Shown piece by piece: positions 14,967-28,020 of a stretch of DNA of 64,000 nucleotides. Under the pieces are notes generated by a model. The model had not been told where the DNA came from, made no database searches, and saw nothing but the letters and a program-made list of their open reading frames with translations. The stretch covers positions 16,182,001 to 16,246,000 of the forward strand of contig OX597836.1 of assembly GCA_951406725.2 (NCBI GenBank), read 5' to 3'. The position numbers and the translations under genes are program-made. Numbering within the stretch: position 1 is the first letter of the stretch; the number at the start of each line of letters is the position of its first letter. Source of the DNA: Octopus vulgaris (Eukaryota).

Positions 14967-14998
<32 letters not shown>

Positions 14999-15394
14999 TC
15001 TTTCCTTTTCTCATCTCGTCGTCGTCGTCATCGTTGTTATTGTAGTCGACGTTGATGCCCTCGTTCTTGTTGTTGTTGTTGTTGTTCTTGTTGTTGTTGA
15101 CCGAGGATTACGAAGAAGAAGAAGAAGAAGAAGAAGAAGAAGAAGAAGAAGAAGAAGAAGAAGAAGAAGAAGAAGAAGAAGAAGAAGAAGAAGAAGAAGA
15201 AAGAGGCTGTGTTGAAGACAAACATTTTGCTTGAAAAACATTTGTTATCCATTTTTAAAATAACAAATAATATCGAAATTGATTGTTTGCAAACAACAAT
15301 AACATCACCACCACCACCACCACAACCACCACCACCACCACCACCACCACCACCACCACCACCACCACCACCACCACCACCACCACCACCAATC

Positions 15395-15435
<41 letters not shown>

Positions 15436-15466
15436 CAATGATCATAATAATGATAACAACAACAAC

Positions 15467-15498
<32 letters not shown>

Positions 15499-15547
15499 TG
15501 ATAATAATAACAATGATCATAATAATGATAACAACAACAACAACAAC

Positions 15548-15591
<44 letters not shown>

Positions 15592-15623
15592 TGATAATAA
15601 TAACAATGATAATAATAACAATG

Positions 15624-15654
<31 letters not shown>

Positions 15655-16289
15655 TGTTTTTTTTGTTTTGTCCGACATAAACAGAAGGTCAGAAATGTTT
15701 GGAGTAAACGGGTGCAATTGATTCTGTCCATCTCACAATTTGATCAGGGATTATTGGTAATTTCATTATCGATCTCCCGACGGCGGCGGCGGCAAGATGA
15801 AAGAACAAAACGGAGACATCGGGCGACATTTAAAGTTAAGAAGGGAATGGACGCTCTAAGCAAGTCTGTCAACTTAGAGTCAACTTAGAGTCAACTTAAA
15901 AGCAAGGAAGTAAATAAATAAATAAATAAATAATGGTTTTTGAATTCGGCACGAGGCCAGCAATTTTGAGGGGAAGGGTAAGTCGATGTCATCGACCCCC
16001 CAGTACATGTCTGGTACTTTATTTTATCGGCCCCGGAGATATGAAAAGCAGAGTGATCCAGGTAGAATTTTGAAGCCAAAACGTAAACTTTCAGAAGAAA
16101 TATCACTAGGGATTTTGTCTGATGCTCTAAAGATCCTGTCAGTCTGTTTTCTTTGTCGCCAAAGCAACGGATGTAAGGGGATGTTACTGCGACAGTTTAT
16201 GAAAAGTTATCGGAGGAGGAGTGGCGGAAGGAGTGTTACGTGGAAATCGGACGAAGGGAAACTGATGCGATAACAATGTATACATATTT

Positions 16290-16521
16290 AAGGCGGCGAG
16301 CTGGCAGAATCGTAAGCAAGGCCGGGCGAAATGCTCAGCAGTATTTCGTCTGCCGTTACGTTCTGAGTTCGAGTTCCGCCGAGGTCGACTTTGCCTTTCA
16401 TCCTTTCGGGGTCAATAAATTAAGTACCAGTTACGCACTGGGGTCAATGTAATCGACTTAATCCGTTTGTCTGTCCTTGTTTGTCCCCTCTATGTTTAGC
16501 CCCTTGAGGGTAATAAAGAAA
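16290..16521 (+). mobile_element. SINE family C monomer (MetaSINE-like central domain)
   Basis: Head GGCGGCGAGCTGGCAGAA, B-box-like GAGTTCGAGTTCC, domain GTCGACTTTGCCTTTCATCCTTTCGGGGTC.ATAAATTAAGTACCAG; domain name recalled from memory. Confidence 0.8.
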
Positions 16522-17144
16522 CAAATGTATACATATTATACAAACTCTACTAAGGGGCTTTTTTTTATTGCTGATTAAACCATAGCTGGGACCTTGGCAA
16601 GTACTGCAACTACAGGTAAGATTTGACCTGGGAACAATAACGGGACCTTGGCAAGTGCTGCTACTCCAGGTAAGAGTTAACCTGGGAACAATAACGGCTA
16701 TGAGATGGTGTATGAACTGTAACTTCGAAGTACTCAAGTGTTTCTCTTCTAACACGTTTATCTCAGTATTTAAGTCATACTTCAAGTTCTCACTTTTGAT
16801 AAAATAACCTCCTTCTTAGACTTCGGGTCCTTCGTCTAACCCTTAATTAACTGCTTTCATAATGCAGGTGAATACAGGTATGGATTTTGATAGACCGACT
16901 CGGAGAATATTGTCTTGTGTGTGAGTAAACACACGCACACACACACACGCACACACGCACGCACATGCACATGCCTGTTTATGCCTATGCATCCCCTTGT
17001 GTGTGTGTGTGTGTGTTTGTGTGTGGATGTGTGTTTGTGTGTGGCTGTGTGTATCAATATGTGTGTGAGTGGGTCGGTTAGGATTTGTCGTCATAAATCC
17101 TATGACATTAGGATAATGACAAGAAAGGAGGGAGTAGTGCCACA

Positions 17145-17840
17145 GAAGAAGAAGAAGAAGAAGAAGAAGAAGAGGAGGAGGAGGAGGAGGAAAAGAATAA
17201 GAAGAAGAAGAAGAAGGAGGAGGAGAAGGAGAAGAAGAAGAAGAAGAAGAAGAAAAGAAAAGAAGAAGAAAGAAAGAAAAGAAGAAGAAGAGGAAGAAAG
17301 AAAGAAAAGAAGGAGAAGAAGAAGAAGAAGAAGAAGAAGAAGAAGAAGAAGCAAAAGAAGAAGAAGAAGAAGAAGAAGAAGGAAAAGAAGAAGGAAAAGA
17401 AGAAGAAGAAGGAAATGAAGGAGAAGAAGAAGAAGAAGAAAGAAAAGAAGGAGAAGAAGAAGAAGAAGGAAAAGAAGAAGAAGAAGAAGAAGGAAAAGAA
17501 GAAGAAGGAAAAGAAGAAGAAGGAAAAGAAGAAGGAAAAGAAGAAGACGAAGAAGAAATGAAGAAGACGCAGAAGAAGAAGAAGAAGAAGAAGACGAAGA
17601 AGAAGAAAAGAAAGAAGAAGAAAAAGGTGAAGAAGGTGAAGAAGAAGAAGAAGAAGAAGAAGAAGAAGAAGAAGAAGAAGGAAGAAGAAGAAGAAGGTGA
17701 AGAAGAAGAAGGTGAAGAAGGTGAAGAAGAAGAAGAAGAAGAAGAAGAAGAAGAAGAAGAAGAAGAAGAAGAAGAAGAAGAAGAAGAAGAAGAAGAAGAA
17801 GAAGAAGAAGAAGAAGCAGCAGCAGCAGCAGCAGCAGCAG
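17145..17840. repeat. (GAA)n-rich polypurine tract
   Basis: About 670 bp of almost pure purine; similar tracts at 22712-23325 and 50271-50676 (opposite strand). Confidence 0.95.
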
Positions 17841-18645
17841 CTACTACAATGAGAAGAGATCATAAACCATAATAGCTGTCAAGACTGGGCGGAAACCTTC
17901 ATACAATATTTTTATTTTTTTTTCCCTTCGTTCTGCTCAGCTCAGATTAAACAAATAAACATTAAATAAACGCCCAAAAGCCAGTGAAATGATGATAGCT
18001 TTGATTATGGACGGGATATTTTACCTTTTCTTTACCACTAACAATAGGTATCGTGTAACGAGCCACGGAAGGAACGTCTAACGTCTATATTATATCAAGG
18101 GCGGGCAAACGCCGACGCTAAACCCGCACCTCTTTATATTTCGGCTCGCATTCAAGTCTGAAACCGTTCGCCGTAACAACAACAAAAAGACAACAACAAA
18201 AAAAAATAAATAAAAAAATAAAAAATAAAAGAAACAAAGAAAGAAAAGATTTTGTCTTAATAACCCAGTCAGCAACTTTTGTGTAGAAAAATGAAAAAAA
18301 AAAATGAAATGGCAGAATTGTTAAGGCTGTTGGACAAAATGTTTAGCGGTAGTTCATCCGTCTTTACGCACCGAGGTCAACTTTGCATTTCATCCTTTTG
18401 GCATCGATATAATAAGTACCAGTTGATCGCTGTGGTCGATGTAATCGACTACACTTCCCCGCCGCCAAAATTGCCGGCCTTGTACCAAAATCTGAAATAA
18501 AATTAATTACGCGGTACCGCAGTCTAATAACTGAAACAAGTATGAGATAAAATACAACACACATACATACATATATATATTTCACCATGCTGGGCCGCTG
18601 AAATCTACAAGTTTTTTTCATTCGCTCTCTGTTTATTTTCTCATT

Positions 18646-18683
18646 TCTTTCTGTTGAGGAGCGTAGGCTCGAAACGTAAAAGA
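18646..18683 (+). ncRNA. Minimal hammerhead-like motif, CUGUNGA variant
   Basis: TCTTT-CTGTTGA-G-GAGC gtag GCTC-GAAAC-GTA-AAAGA: 5-bp stem I, 4-bp stem II, palindromic ACGT at stem III. Confidence 0.55.
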
Positions 18684-18779
18684 TTTTTTCATTTTCCCGA
18701 GCGTCAAACTAATACACTTGCTTGTTGTTCATACACCTGTCTTCATCTTTTGTTTTTCTATAAATTTCAACTATATATT

Positions 18780-19060
18780 ATTATTGCTTTTTATTGTATT
18801 TTCGTATTTATATTCGTGTAACATCGTCTGTTTTCCCGTCTTTGTTTCGTATACATTCGATGCTTTTTTCCAAGGATTTTAATGCTCTTAGCTTAGTTTT
18901 TCCTTGGAGCTGGCCAGATTGGAGCAATCTCAAGATTAATTAGCCGAAATTGCGACGATGATCCGGTTCTTGACTGAAGATAAAAGGCTTCGAATGACCC
19001 GCCCGTGTTTTTTTTTTGTATCGTCTATCTGGATGTTTTGTTGTCCCCTTTTGTATCACC
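18780..19060 (+). repeat. Unclassified interspersed repeat
   Basis: Homologous to the reverse complement of about 38495-38820 (GCTGGCC.GAT.GGAGC.ATCTCAAGATTAAT.AGCCGAAATTGC.ACGATGATCCGG). Confidence 0.7.
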
Positions 19061-19404
19061 TAGTTGTCTGGATGTTTTGCGTTCTTGTCTCATTTTGTAT
19101 TTTATTATGTATAATATATACACTTCGTTTTTTTATCTGGTTTGCAAGATTCTTTATGGGAATTCGTGTGTTGAAACTAATTTCATTGTGTCTGGAGAGA
19201 GCCATACTGCCTTAATATCTAACACACCCACTGATTCAATTTCCATTCATTTATTATTTATATTTTTTCTTTTTTTCCAAAATTTTCCTTATTTTTGGAA
19301 TCTTGCCAATAGATGTTGACTCTGTCCGTTATCGGAACTGCGTTCCTTTTGTTTGTTTGTACGCAAGTGTGTGCGCCAGTGTGCATGCGTGCTTGTATAT
19401 GCAC

Positions 19405-19435
<31 letters not shown>

Positions 19436-19922
19436 TGTATGTATGTATGTATGTATGTATGTGCTTGTCTATCTGTACGTATTACCCATGTACCTATCTA
19501 TATATTTATCTATGTCTATATTTATCTATATATGCATTTACCTACTTAGTTAGCTGATATGCTCCGTACACTTAACACATAAAAACATTAAAATGTAACG
19601 GTATATCTTTTTTCTACCTTCTTCGAGATTCAACTTTATAATGATTTAACTATTTTAATCAATTTTTAAAGTTTGAATCGAAACAGCTGTCAGAGATTAT
19701 GTCTATTTTTGTAATTAATAAATATAATTATTAATTGATTTACCTCTATTTTCTTATTTTTCTTAAATAAATATAAACCTCGGTTTATTTAATTACTTAT
19801 TTTTTAATATTAAATCTAATATTCAAAATAAATAATAGGTAAGAAACCAGTAAATTCATTGGATATTATTATCCCTTAATGAGGTTTATTTAACCTTTAA
19901 TTGAACTTATATATATTTGCCT

Positions 19923-19989
<67 letters not shown>

Positions 19990-20039
19990 TACTTAACAGC
20001 CTACAGGAAAATGTACCTGTGTGTGTATATTATGTAGGT

Positions 20040-21000
20040 ATGAAGGTGTTTCCTATTTAGTACTGGGGACGTTTCATTTATTAGGACGTACTCCTGCATT
20101 TGTTTGAGTAATGGATCCTTCGGGTGATTGGATAAAATGTGAATGTCAAGTCGGCCCAGTGTCCTTCCATGTTGGTCTTTGGCATGTTGGCAGAGTATGG
20201 AAGACAGTTTTCTGTCATCATTTTGCCTCAAATCTCCATTTATTCTCTCCGCAATGCTTCTAGATGTATCCCATGTTTTTGTTCTTACAAGCGCCCTCTA
20301 TGCACCTTATGCTGTAGACTTCATTTCTAGTTCTACAGTTAATGCCAGGATTAATCTTGCATACCACTCAGTTCTCATCAGTGCATGTGGTATTTTCGAA
20401 AGGTTACGTCCTACATAAATGCGTTCTGATGGAGCTCCCTGGCTTTTCAACGATCTTAATATTAAGTTTGTTTGCATTCAGAGCTTTCCTAAACCTATGA
20501 GCTAGTTCCCCATGGGGTGTGGCCTCTACAAACACCACTCCTTAATATTTGTCAGCCTTGTTCCATGTGATCACTCTGTTTGCTTTGTCACAAATTCTTT
20601 GTATACTATTCCTGTCTTTACCTCTGTATCTCGGGTACCACTGGCTTCATTACATATTATGTTATCTAACTTCTTTCCAGCTCCCTTGTATACACGAATC
20701 CCATTTTTCTGGTCATATCCTGAGAATTGCATGCTGTGCATGAAGTTCTTTACATATTTCTTTGTTTCATAGGGCTTGCATAGGAGGGACACGTTATTCA
20801 TTATCCTAAGCCTGCCATCAGGATGTTGACTTTCGTACTGTGTGACAAAACTGAGTTCTTGTGAACAACGTATTTAGAAGCTATAAATTTCATGTAATAA
20901 AAGTGGAAGAGCTTCACTCTGTTGTTTACAGTCTCTAACCAAAGTTCAGTATCAAGGACAGGTGTGTGCAATAATATAGGTGTGTGCAATTATGTTTAGC
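20040..21000 (-). pseudogene. Decayed Penelope-like element: RT C-terminus and GIY-YIG remnants
   Basis: Broken frames PVLDTELW...HFYYMKFIASKYVVHKNSVLS (RT thumb-like), FSGY, IYVGR, and SILCQHAKDQH...KQMQEYVLINETSPVLNRK (GIY-YIG C-terminus). Confidence 0.7.
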
Positions 21001-23996
21001 ATGTTCGTGGAGATTCGGACGTGGAAAATTCTTTCGCTGCAGAAATTGTGAAACTCGCTTATGAGTGACGTCCAAATACTTTTCCTTTATAATTTGCTCT
21101 TATATGGAATATTGTTATCACATTTGAACTGGTGTCGCTGTCGTTGGTCTCTCTTTTCTTGATCAAGTTCAAAAGCAATATTTTTTCTAACAGCATTTGT
21201 CATCCTTTTGGAAATTTCGACCCTCGTCCCATTACCAGGAAATATCTTCTTTGTCTCTATCCTATATATATACTACAATGGACGTTGTTTTCGTCTTGTA
21301 TTGGTTTAAGTCATTGGATAGCAGCCATGCTGGAGTACCACCTTGAAGAGTTGTAGTCAAACAAATCGCCTCCAACACTTATCTTTTTTTAAAGTCTGCA
21401 ACTTATTCCATCGGTATCTTTGCCGTACCGTTAAGTTGGGGTGTGTGACGTAAACAAACCAACACCGGTTGTCAACCATTGGCGTGACACACACATGCAT
21501 ACACAACAGATTTCTTTCAGTTTCTGTTTACTAAATCAACTTACAAGACTATGGCCGACCCGGGGCTATAGCAGACGACAATTGCCGAAGGTGCCACGCA
21601 AAAGGACTAAATCGGAAACCTTGTCGTCAGGGAGGAAACTTCTCACTACACAGCCACGTCTACGCGTAAATTACAGCTATGCCAAAGAAACTTTCTTCTC
21701 TTCTATCTCGTCTTAAGGTTTACTAAATTGTGTGAATCGCTTCACCCTCAATTCTCATTCCTTTCACTGTTGAAAACGTCATTCTACCGTTATGTAAAAT
21801 TTGTTAAATTCTTTCTTTGGGCATTTGTCGTGTTCTTGCTTCTGGTTTCTCAGATTAAAACCATCTTAATTCTTTGAAATCTTACAGTGTCCATTTATGG
21901 ATTCTTTGAGCAGCTTTGCGAACCTACCTGAGGGCTACTTGTTAGGATGTTGCATTCACAATCACAAGGTCATTGATTAGATTCCTTGATGGGCGATGCG
22001 TTGCACCCTTGAACAAAATGCTTCATTTTACGTTGCTCCAATCCACTAAGCCCTAAATGAGCAGCCACGCAACAAACTTGTGACCCATTCAAAGGGGATG
22101 TTGTGATCTCGGTCACTTATACGCCGTGGAAACTGGGTAATCGGCTCTATGAATCCTGGGACCCGAACACAGTCATGTCCACAACAACTCATTGGATTAA
22201 AAAAAAATCTTTTATAAAAATTCTTTTATCTCCCCACCTCTCAAAAAACCCAGAAAATTGTTGCTTGACGCCTGTTTCGTTGCTAGTTGCATGACATCTT
22301 CATGCGGATGATTTTTAAAATATTCTTAAATTTCTAAAATTACGGATTCATTATTTCTTTGATTTAGCACAGATGCGCAAAACAGATTATTTATTACGCA
22401 TTTATAAATCGCCTTTAGTAAGTAAAGGCTCCTGGCCTAGTGAATAATGCATTGGGTTAAGGATTAACAGTTTGTAGGTTCGACTCCGGGGGTGGGGTGG
22501 GGGGTAACCCCGCTGTACTCTTTCACCACAACTTCCTCTCACTCTTTCTTCCTTCTTCTGCCACAAAGCAGAGGAATCATGGTGTAACCCACTATGGTGT
22601 GGTAAAATTTCAGATCCTAGTCTAGATTGCGAATAATCTGTACCCCAGGATGGTTCAGCTCGAATTAGGGATTATTCTTTGTGGTGACTAATGGCGTGAA
22701 TCTTGATTGGGAGAAGAAGAAGAAGAAGAAGAAGAAGAAGAAGAAGAAGAAGAAGAAGAAGAGGAAGAGGAAGAGGAAGAAGAAGAGGAGGAGGAAGAAG
22801 AAGAAGAAGAAGAAGAAGAAGGAGGAGAAGAAGAAGACGAAGAAGAAGAAGACGACGACGACGAAGAAGAAGAAGAAGAAGAAGAAGAAGAAGAAGAAGA
22901 AGAAGACGACGACGAAGAAGAAGAAGAAAAAGAAGAAGAAGAAGAAGAAGAGGAGGAGGAAGAAGAAGAAGAAGAAGAAGAAGAGGAGGAAGAAGAGGAG
23001 GAAGAAGAAGAAGAAGAAGAAGAAGACGACGACGAAGAAGAAGAAGAAAAAGAAGAAGAAGAAGAAGAAGAAGAGGAGGAGGAAGAAGAAGAAGAAGAAG
23101 AAGAAGAAGTAGAAGAAGAAGAAGGAGAAGAAGAAGAAGAAGAAGAAGAAGAAGAAGAAGAAGAAGGAGAAGAAGTAGAAGGAGAAGGTGAAGAAAAAGA
23201 AGAAGAAGAAGGAGAAGGAGGAGGAGGAATAGAAGAAGTAGAAGAAGAAGAAGAAGAAGAAGAAGAAGAAGAAGAAGAAGAAGAAGAAGAAGAAGAAGAA
23301 GAAGAAGAAGAAGAAGAAGAAGAAGACGACGACAATATCATCATCACTGCAACCACCACAATTATCATAACAAGCATCATCACCACCGGAAATACCACCC
23401 CCACCACCACCACCACGCCAGGTGCTGTAGCTGGTACAGAGAAAAGACGGACTGACGTTTCGTTTCGTCTTCACATTTCAGAGTATGTAGTTTGGCGTTG
23501 ATCGATTTACATTTTGAAAGGAGTCGATAAAAAAAAAAATATCGATGAGGTATATTTATTGGAAAGATACTACGACAGCCATTGTCTACAGCCATGTCAA
23601 TAATTTCCGACATCAAAATATTATTGAGTCTATCCAGACGATAACGACTGGAGCTCACAACCGAGTTCATACCGCCCAGACGGTCTGTCTATTAAATCCC
23701 CAAACATTTTACACACTTCGTCTATACACACAATATATACACACTGTGTCTGTCTATCCAGTTAATATCTACACGCCGTGTCTATTTACCTAGCATCTAC
23801 TCAGTCGGTCTGTCCATCCATCTGTTGCTTTCTCTCTTTCTCTCTATCTATCCTCCTCTCTCGCACCCTCTATTTCTTTCTTTCTCTCTTTCTCTATCTG
23901 TCTATATAGCTATCTATCTGTCTGTCCGTCCGTCTGTTTGTCTGTCTGTCAATCTAGCTGTTTATCTGTCTGTCTGCCTCTCTCTCTATCTATCTA

Positions 23997-24050
<54 letters not shown>

Positions 24051-24051
24051 C

Positions 24052-24172
<121 letters not shown>

Positions 24173-24257
24173 GCCAGCTAGCTAGCTACCTACCACCCTA
24201 CTTGCCTACCTACCTACCTACCTACCTACCTACCTACCTACCTACTTACCTACTTGC

Positions 24258-24318
<61 letters not shown>

Positions 24319-24553
24319 CATCTATCCATCTATCTATCTATCTATCCATCTATCTATCGCCAATCAACATCTACACGCTCTCTATCCTGTCAACGTCTAC
24401 ACACTATCCAGTGAACATTGACAGTGTCTCCAAGCTAACTAAATACATAGCCAGTATCTACACTGTTTGTGTGCCTATTCACACAAACCTGCTCATTGTC
24501 TCATATCTATCCAGTCAACATCTATACACTTTTTATACAGTCTACATCTACAC

Positions 24554-25232
24554 CAGAGGTTCTCAACCATTTTTTTTTATCTATGGACCCCTTTGATTAC
24601 TATCTTATTCCGGTGGACACCCATAACCATTCGATGTTTAAATCAAACTTTATAGAAACTTGTTTCAAAATTCCTATTTTGTTTTTCACACGTTCACTTG
24701 TGTTGGTTGAACTATGTAAAATGTTAGAGAAAGAATCTGAGCTGTTTCTTGTTATATACACCAATACATGCATCTAAAGCAAAATTAGTTCAGGAGCCCA
24801 TGAAATATTATTGTGGTTCCCCAATTTCTTATTTTGTTGTGTGGACCCCAAAACTCTTATATGGACCCCCAGGAAAGGTGGCGAGCTGGCAAAATCGTTA
24901 GCACACCGGTCGAAACGCTTTGCGGTATTTCGTCCGCCGCTGCGTTCTGAGTTCAAATTCCGCCGAGGTCGACTTTGCCCCTTGTGGGTAGTAAAGAAAT
25001 AGGTATTTCGTCTGCCGTTACGTTCTGAGTTCAAATTCCGCCGAGGTCGACTTTGCCTTTCATCCTTTCGGGGGTCGATAAATTAAGTACCAGTTACGCA
25101 CTGGGATCGATGTAAACGACTTAATCCCTTTGTCTGTCCTTGTTTGTCCTCTCTGTATTTAGCCCCTTGTGGGCAATAAAGAAATATATATGGACCCTCA
25201 GGGGCCTTATAGACCTCGGTTGAGAATCACTG
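24554..25232. mobile_element. hAT-type MITE interrupted by a family C SINE
   Basis: TIRs CAGAGGTTCTCAACC / GGTTGAGAATCACTG; 8-bp flanks ATCTACAC / ATCTATAT. Confidence 0.75.
24875..25185 (+). mobile_element. SINE family C, partial dimer
   Basis: Head plus an internally deleted unit, junction AAAGAAATAGGTATTTCG, then a full unit; ATATGGACCC(C/T)CAGG on both sides (TSD-like). Confidence 0.8.
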
Positions 25233-25330
25233 ATCTATATAAAGTGAGTAGCTATCCACTTAACATCTAAACAGTTTGTCTATTCTATCCAGTCAACATC
25301 TACGCATTGTGCCTGTGTCTGCGTCTATTC

Positions 25331-25832
25331 CAGTGCTCCGCAACCTTTTTTCACTTATATTCTTTTCAAAATTCAACGGTACACCTGAACTAAAACTATA
25401 ACTAAAGTATAGGCTCAGTTGTTAGATCGTCGAGCTTACGATCGTGAGGTTGTGAGCTCGAATCCCGGACCGGGCTGCGTGTTGTGTTCTTGAGCAAGAC
25501 ACTTTATTTCACATTGCTCCAGTTCATTCAGCTGTAGAAATGAGTTGTGACGTCACAGGTGCCAAGCTGTATCGGCCCCTTTGCCTTTCCCTTGGATAAC
25601 ATCGGTGGCGTGGAGAGGGGAGGCCGGTATGCATGGGCGACTGCTGGTCTTCCATAAACAACCTTGCCTGGACTTGTGCCTGGGAGGGTAACTTTCTAGG
25701 TGCAATCTCATGGTCTGTGTCGTGACCGAAGGGAGTCTCAGGAAAAAAATTATATTCAGGTTACACTGCGGCATACCCAGCTTCGTCTCGTGACCCACCA
25801 GTGTGCCGCGGCATACCGGTTGTGGAACACTG
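25331..25832. mobile_element. hAT-type MITE interrupted by a family B-related SINE (about 25410-25740)
   Basis: TIRs CAGTGCTCCGCAACC / GGTTGTGGAACACTG; internal tRNA-like head with GAGCTCGAATCC and TTCTTGAGCAAGACACTT. Confidence 0.65.
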
Positions 25833-27349
25833 ATCCATCCATTCAACCTAGCCGCTCTGTGCCTATCCAACCAACATCTACAATCTACAATCTGTATGTA
25901 TCTACATTTAAGTCTTTACCGTCAATTTATAATTCTATTCTTTTACCAATCTTAGTTGGTGAACTGCGGCCATGCTGGAGTCCCGAGTTCAAATTGTTTT
26001 GTAATTGTTGTTTTGTGTTTTTCCTTGTTGTTGTTAGGCCATCATATTGATTCTAGTTCATATTTCCGGCTGATTCGTATTTTATCGATCACTGTTTCTT
26101 TTTTTACCGAACCGCTGATTATGGGACAAAAGGACACTACATAAACAACACATGGTTTTAGATTGGCTGATGAGGGATCTCTGTCGGTTTCGACGACGAC
26201 TATTCAGTTGTTAGGTCTACGGAATTTCCTGCGCATTGAATTGACATGTAAGTGGCTGAGTACTCCACTGACAACGAGGTGTCTGTGACTAGGCTGTACT
26301 TTCTGAATGACAGCCACAATCAAGTTTCAGTTATACAACATGGGTCGACCTGAGACCAGCGAAAATAACATTTGTCTAAGATGCTATGCTGTGGGATCGA
26401 ACCTGGATCGTGGGACCGTGATTGCAGAACGACATCTAAAACATTCAGTCCCACTTCACCTACTAGTCCGGTTTAAACACACACACACACACATACGTGA
26501 GTGTGTGTCTTGGTACCAGGCGATACCCAGCCACGCAGTAATCCTGTATAGATTTCGGAACAGGTTACAAATTTTCTTTTGTTACCATATTTCTGTAGAA
26601 ATACAATATTTCTGTAGAAATACAGTTCTGCAGAGATACAATTAATTTTTAAATTATTGAAGATATTACAACCAAAAGGGGTTTACGAAACAGGATTTCT
26701 GAGTATTTTCGTTGAAGTACCCACGGTGGGATTTTCATTGTTAATCTGATGTTTAGAACATAAATTACCATGAAATTTTGGAGAAAGGTTTTGATTTAGA
26801 CCACTTTAAAAAAGAAAGTTTATATCCTTAGAGCCAGTGGGCAATTTCACATGGACTATAAAACACAGACTGATAGAATCATACAATATCTTACCCGTTT
26901 TTAACCATATTTCTGTTGAAATACATTGTCTTTGTTTCAGTAAATTTTGAAAATAATGAAATATTTAGTAAAATAACCCTTCAATCGTTAATCAGGTATT
27001 TGGAACATAACATCGAACTTAACATGGAGGCATTGTTAAAACACGGAATACTGTGTTATTAGCCTTGAGATATGCTCTCAAATAGGCGTTTGGTGTTCTA
27101 ACAAGATATCTGCATTAAGTTGGATGTAAAGATTATCTTTTGGTAATAATATTGTTTCTGTCGCTGATAGTTAATAAACTAACGTGAAAATTTGAAGGAT
27201 GGATTTAATTTAGATCCAAGGAATGGTCTCTGGTGAGTTACAGAACACAGAGACTGATGAGTCATAAAATGTTTAACACTCTTGTTACCATATTCCTGTT
27301 TTGTTACCATATTCCTGCCTTTGTCTTAATCTTGAAAATAATTTTTTTT

Positions 27350-27729
27350 TACTTGTTTCAGTCATTTGACTGCGGCCATGCTGGAGCACCGCCTTTAGTC
27401 GAGCAAATCGACCCCGAGACTTATTCTTTTGTAAGCCCAGTACTTATTCTATCGGTCTCTTTTTGCCGAACCGCTAAGTGACGGGGACGTAAACACACCA
27501 GCATCGGTTGTCAAGTAATGCTAGGGGGACAAACACACACACACACACAAACACATACATAAATATATACAGGCTTCTTTCAGTTTCCGTATACCAAATC
27601 CACTCACAAGGCATTGGTCGGCCCGGGGCTATAGCAGAAGACACTTGCCCAAGATGCCACGCAGTGGGACTGAACCCGGAACCATGTGGTTGGTTAGCAA
27701 GCTACTTACCACACAGCTACTCCTACGCC
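27350..27729 (-). mobile_element. SINE family A, full length
   Basis: Matches the 11192 and 37433 copies. Confidence 0.9.
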
Positions 27730-28020
27730 TATAATGAAGACTTTATTAAAACAATTTTGTCATTATTTAACCTTGTGATTGGAGCATAAATTGATTTCGA
27801 ATTTCGGCAAAAGGCCCAACAATACCGGGGGATGGGGTAAGACGATGACATTGACCCCAGTACTTGACAGGTACTTATTTTATCGATTCCGAAAGGGTGA
27901 AAGACAAAGTCGACTCAGGTGACATTTGAGGAGACAGGCAAAATGCCGCTGAGCATTCTGCCCGGTGTGTTAATGATTCTGCCAGCTCGCCGCTTGGTTG
28001 CATGATGAAGGAATTAATAA

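Noticed and set aside
16587-16696. 55-bp tandem duplication, each copy containing CAGGTAAG
   Set aside because: No acceptor or reading-frame support; treated as a simple local duplication
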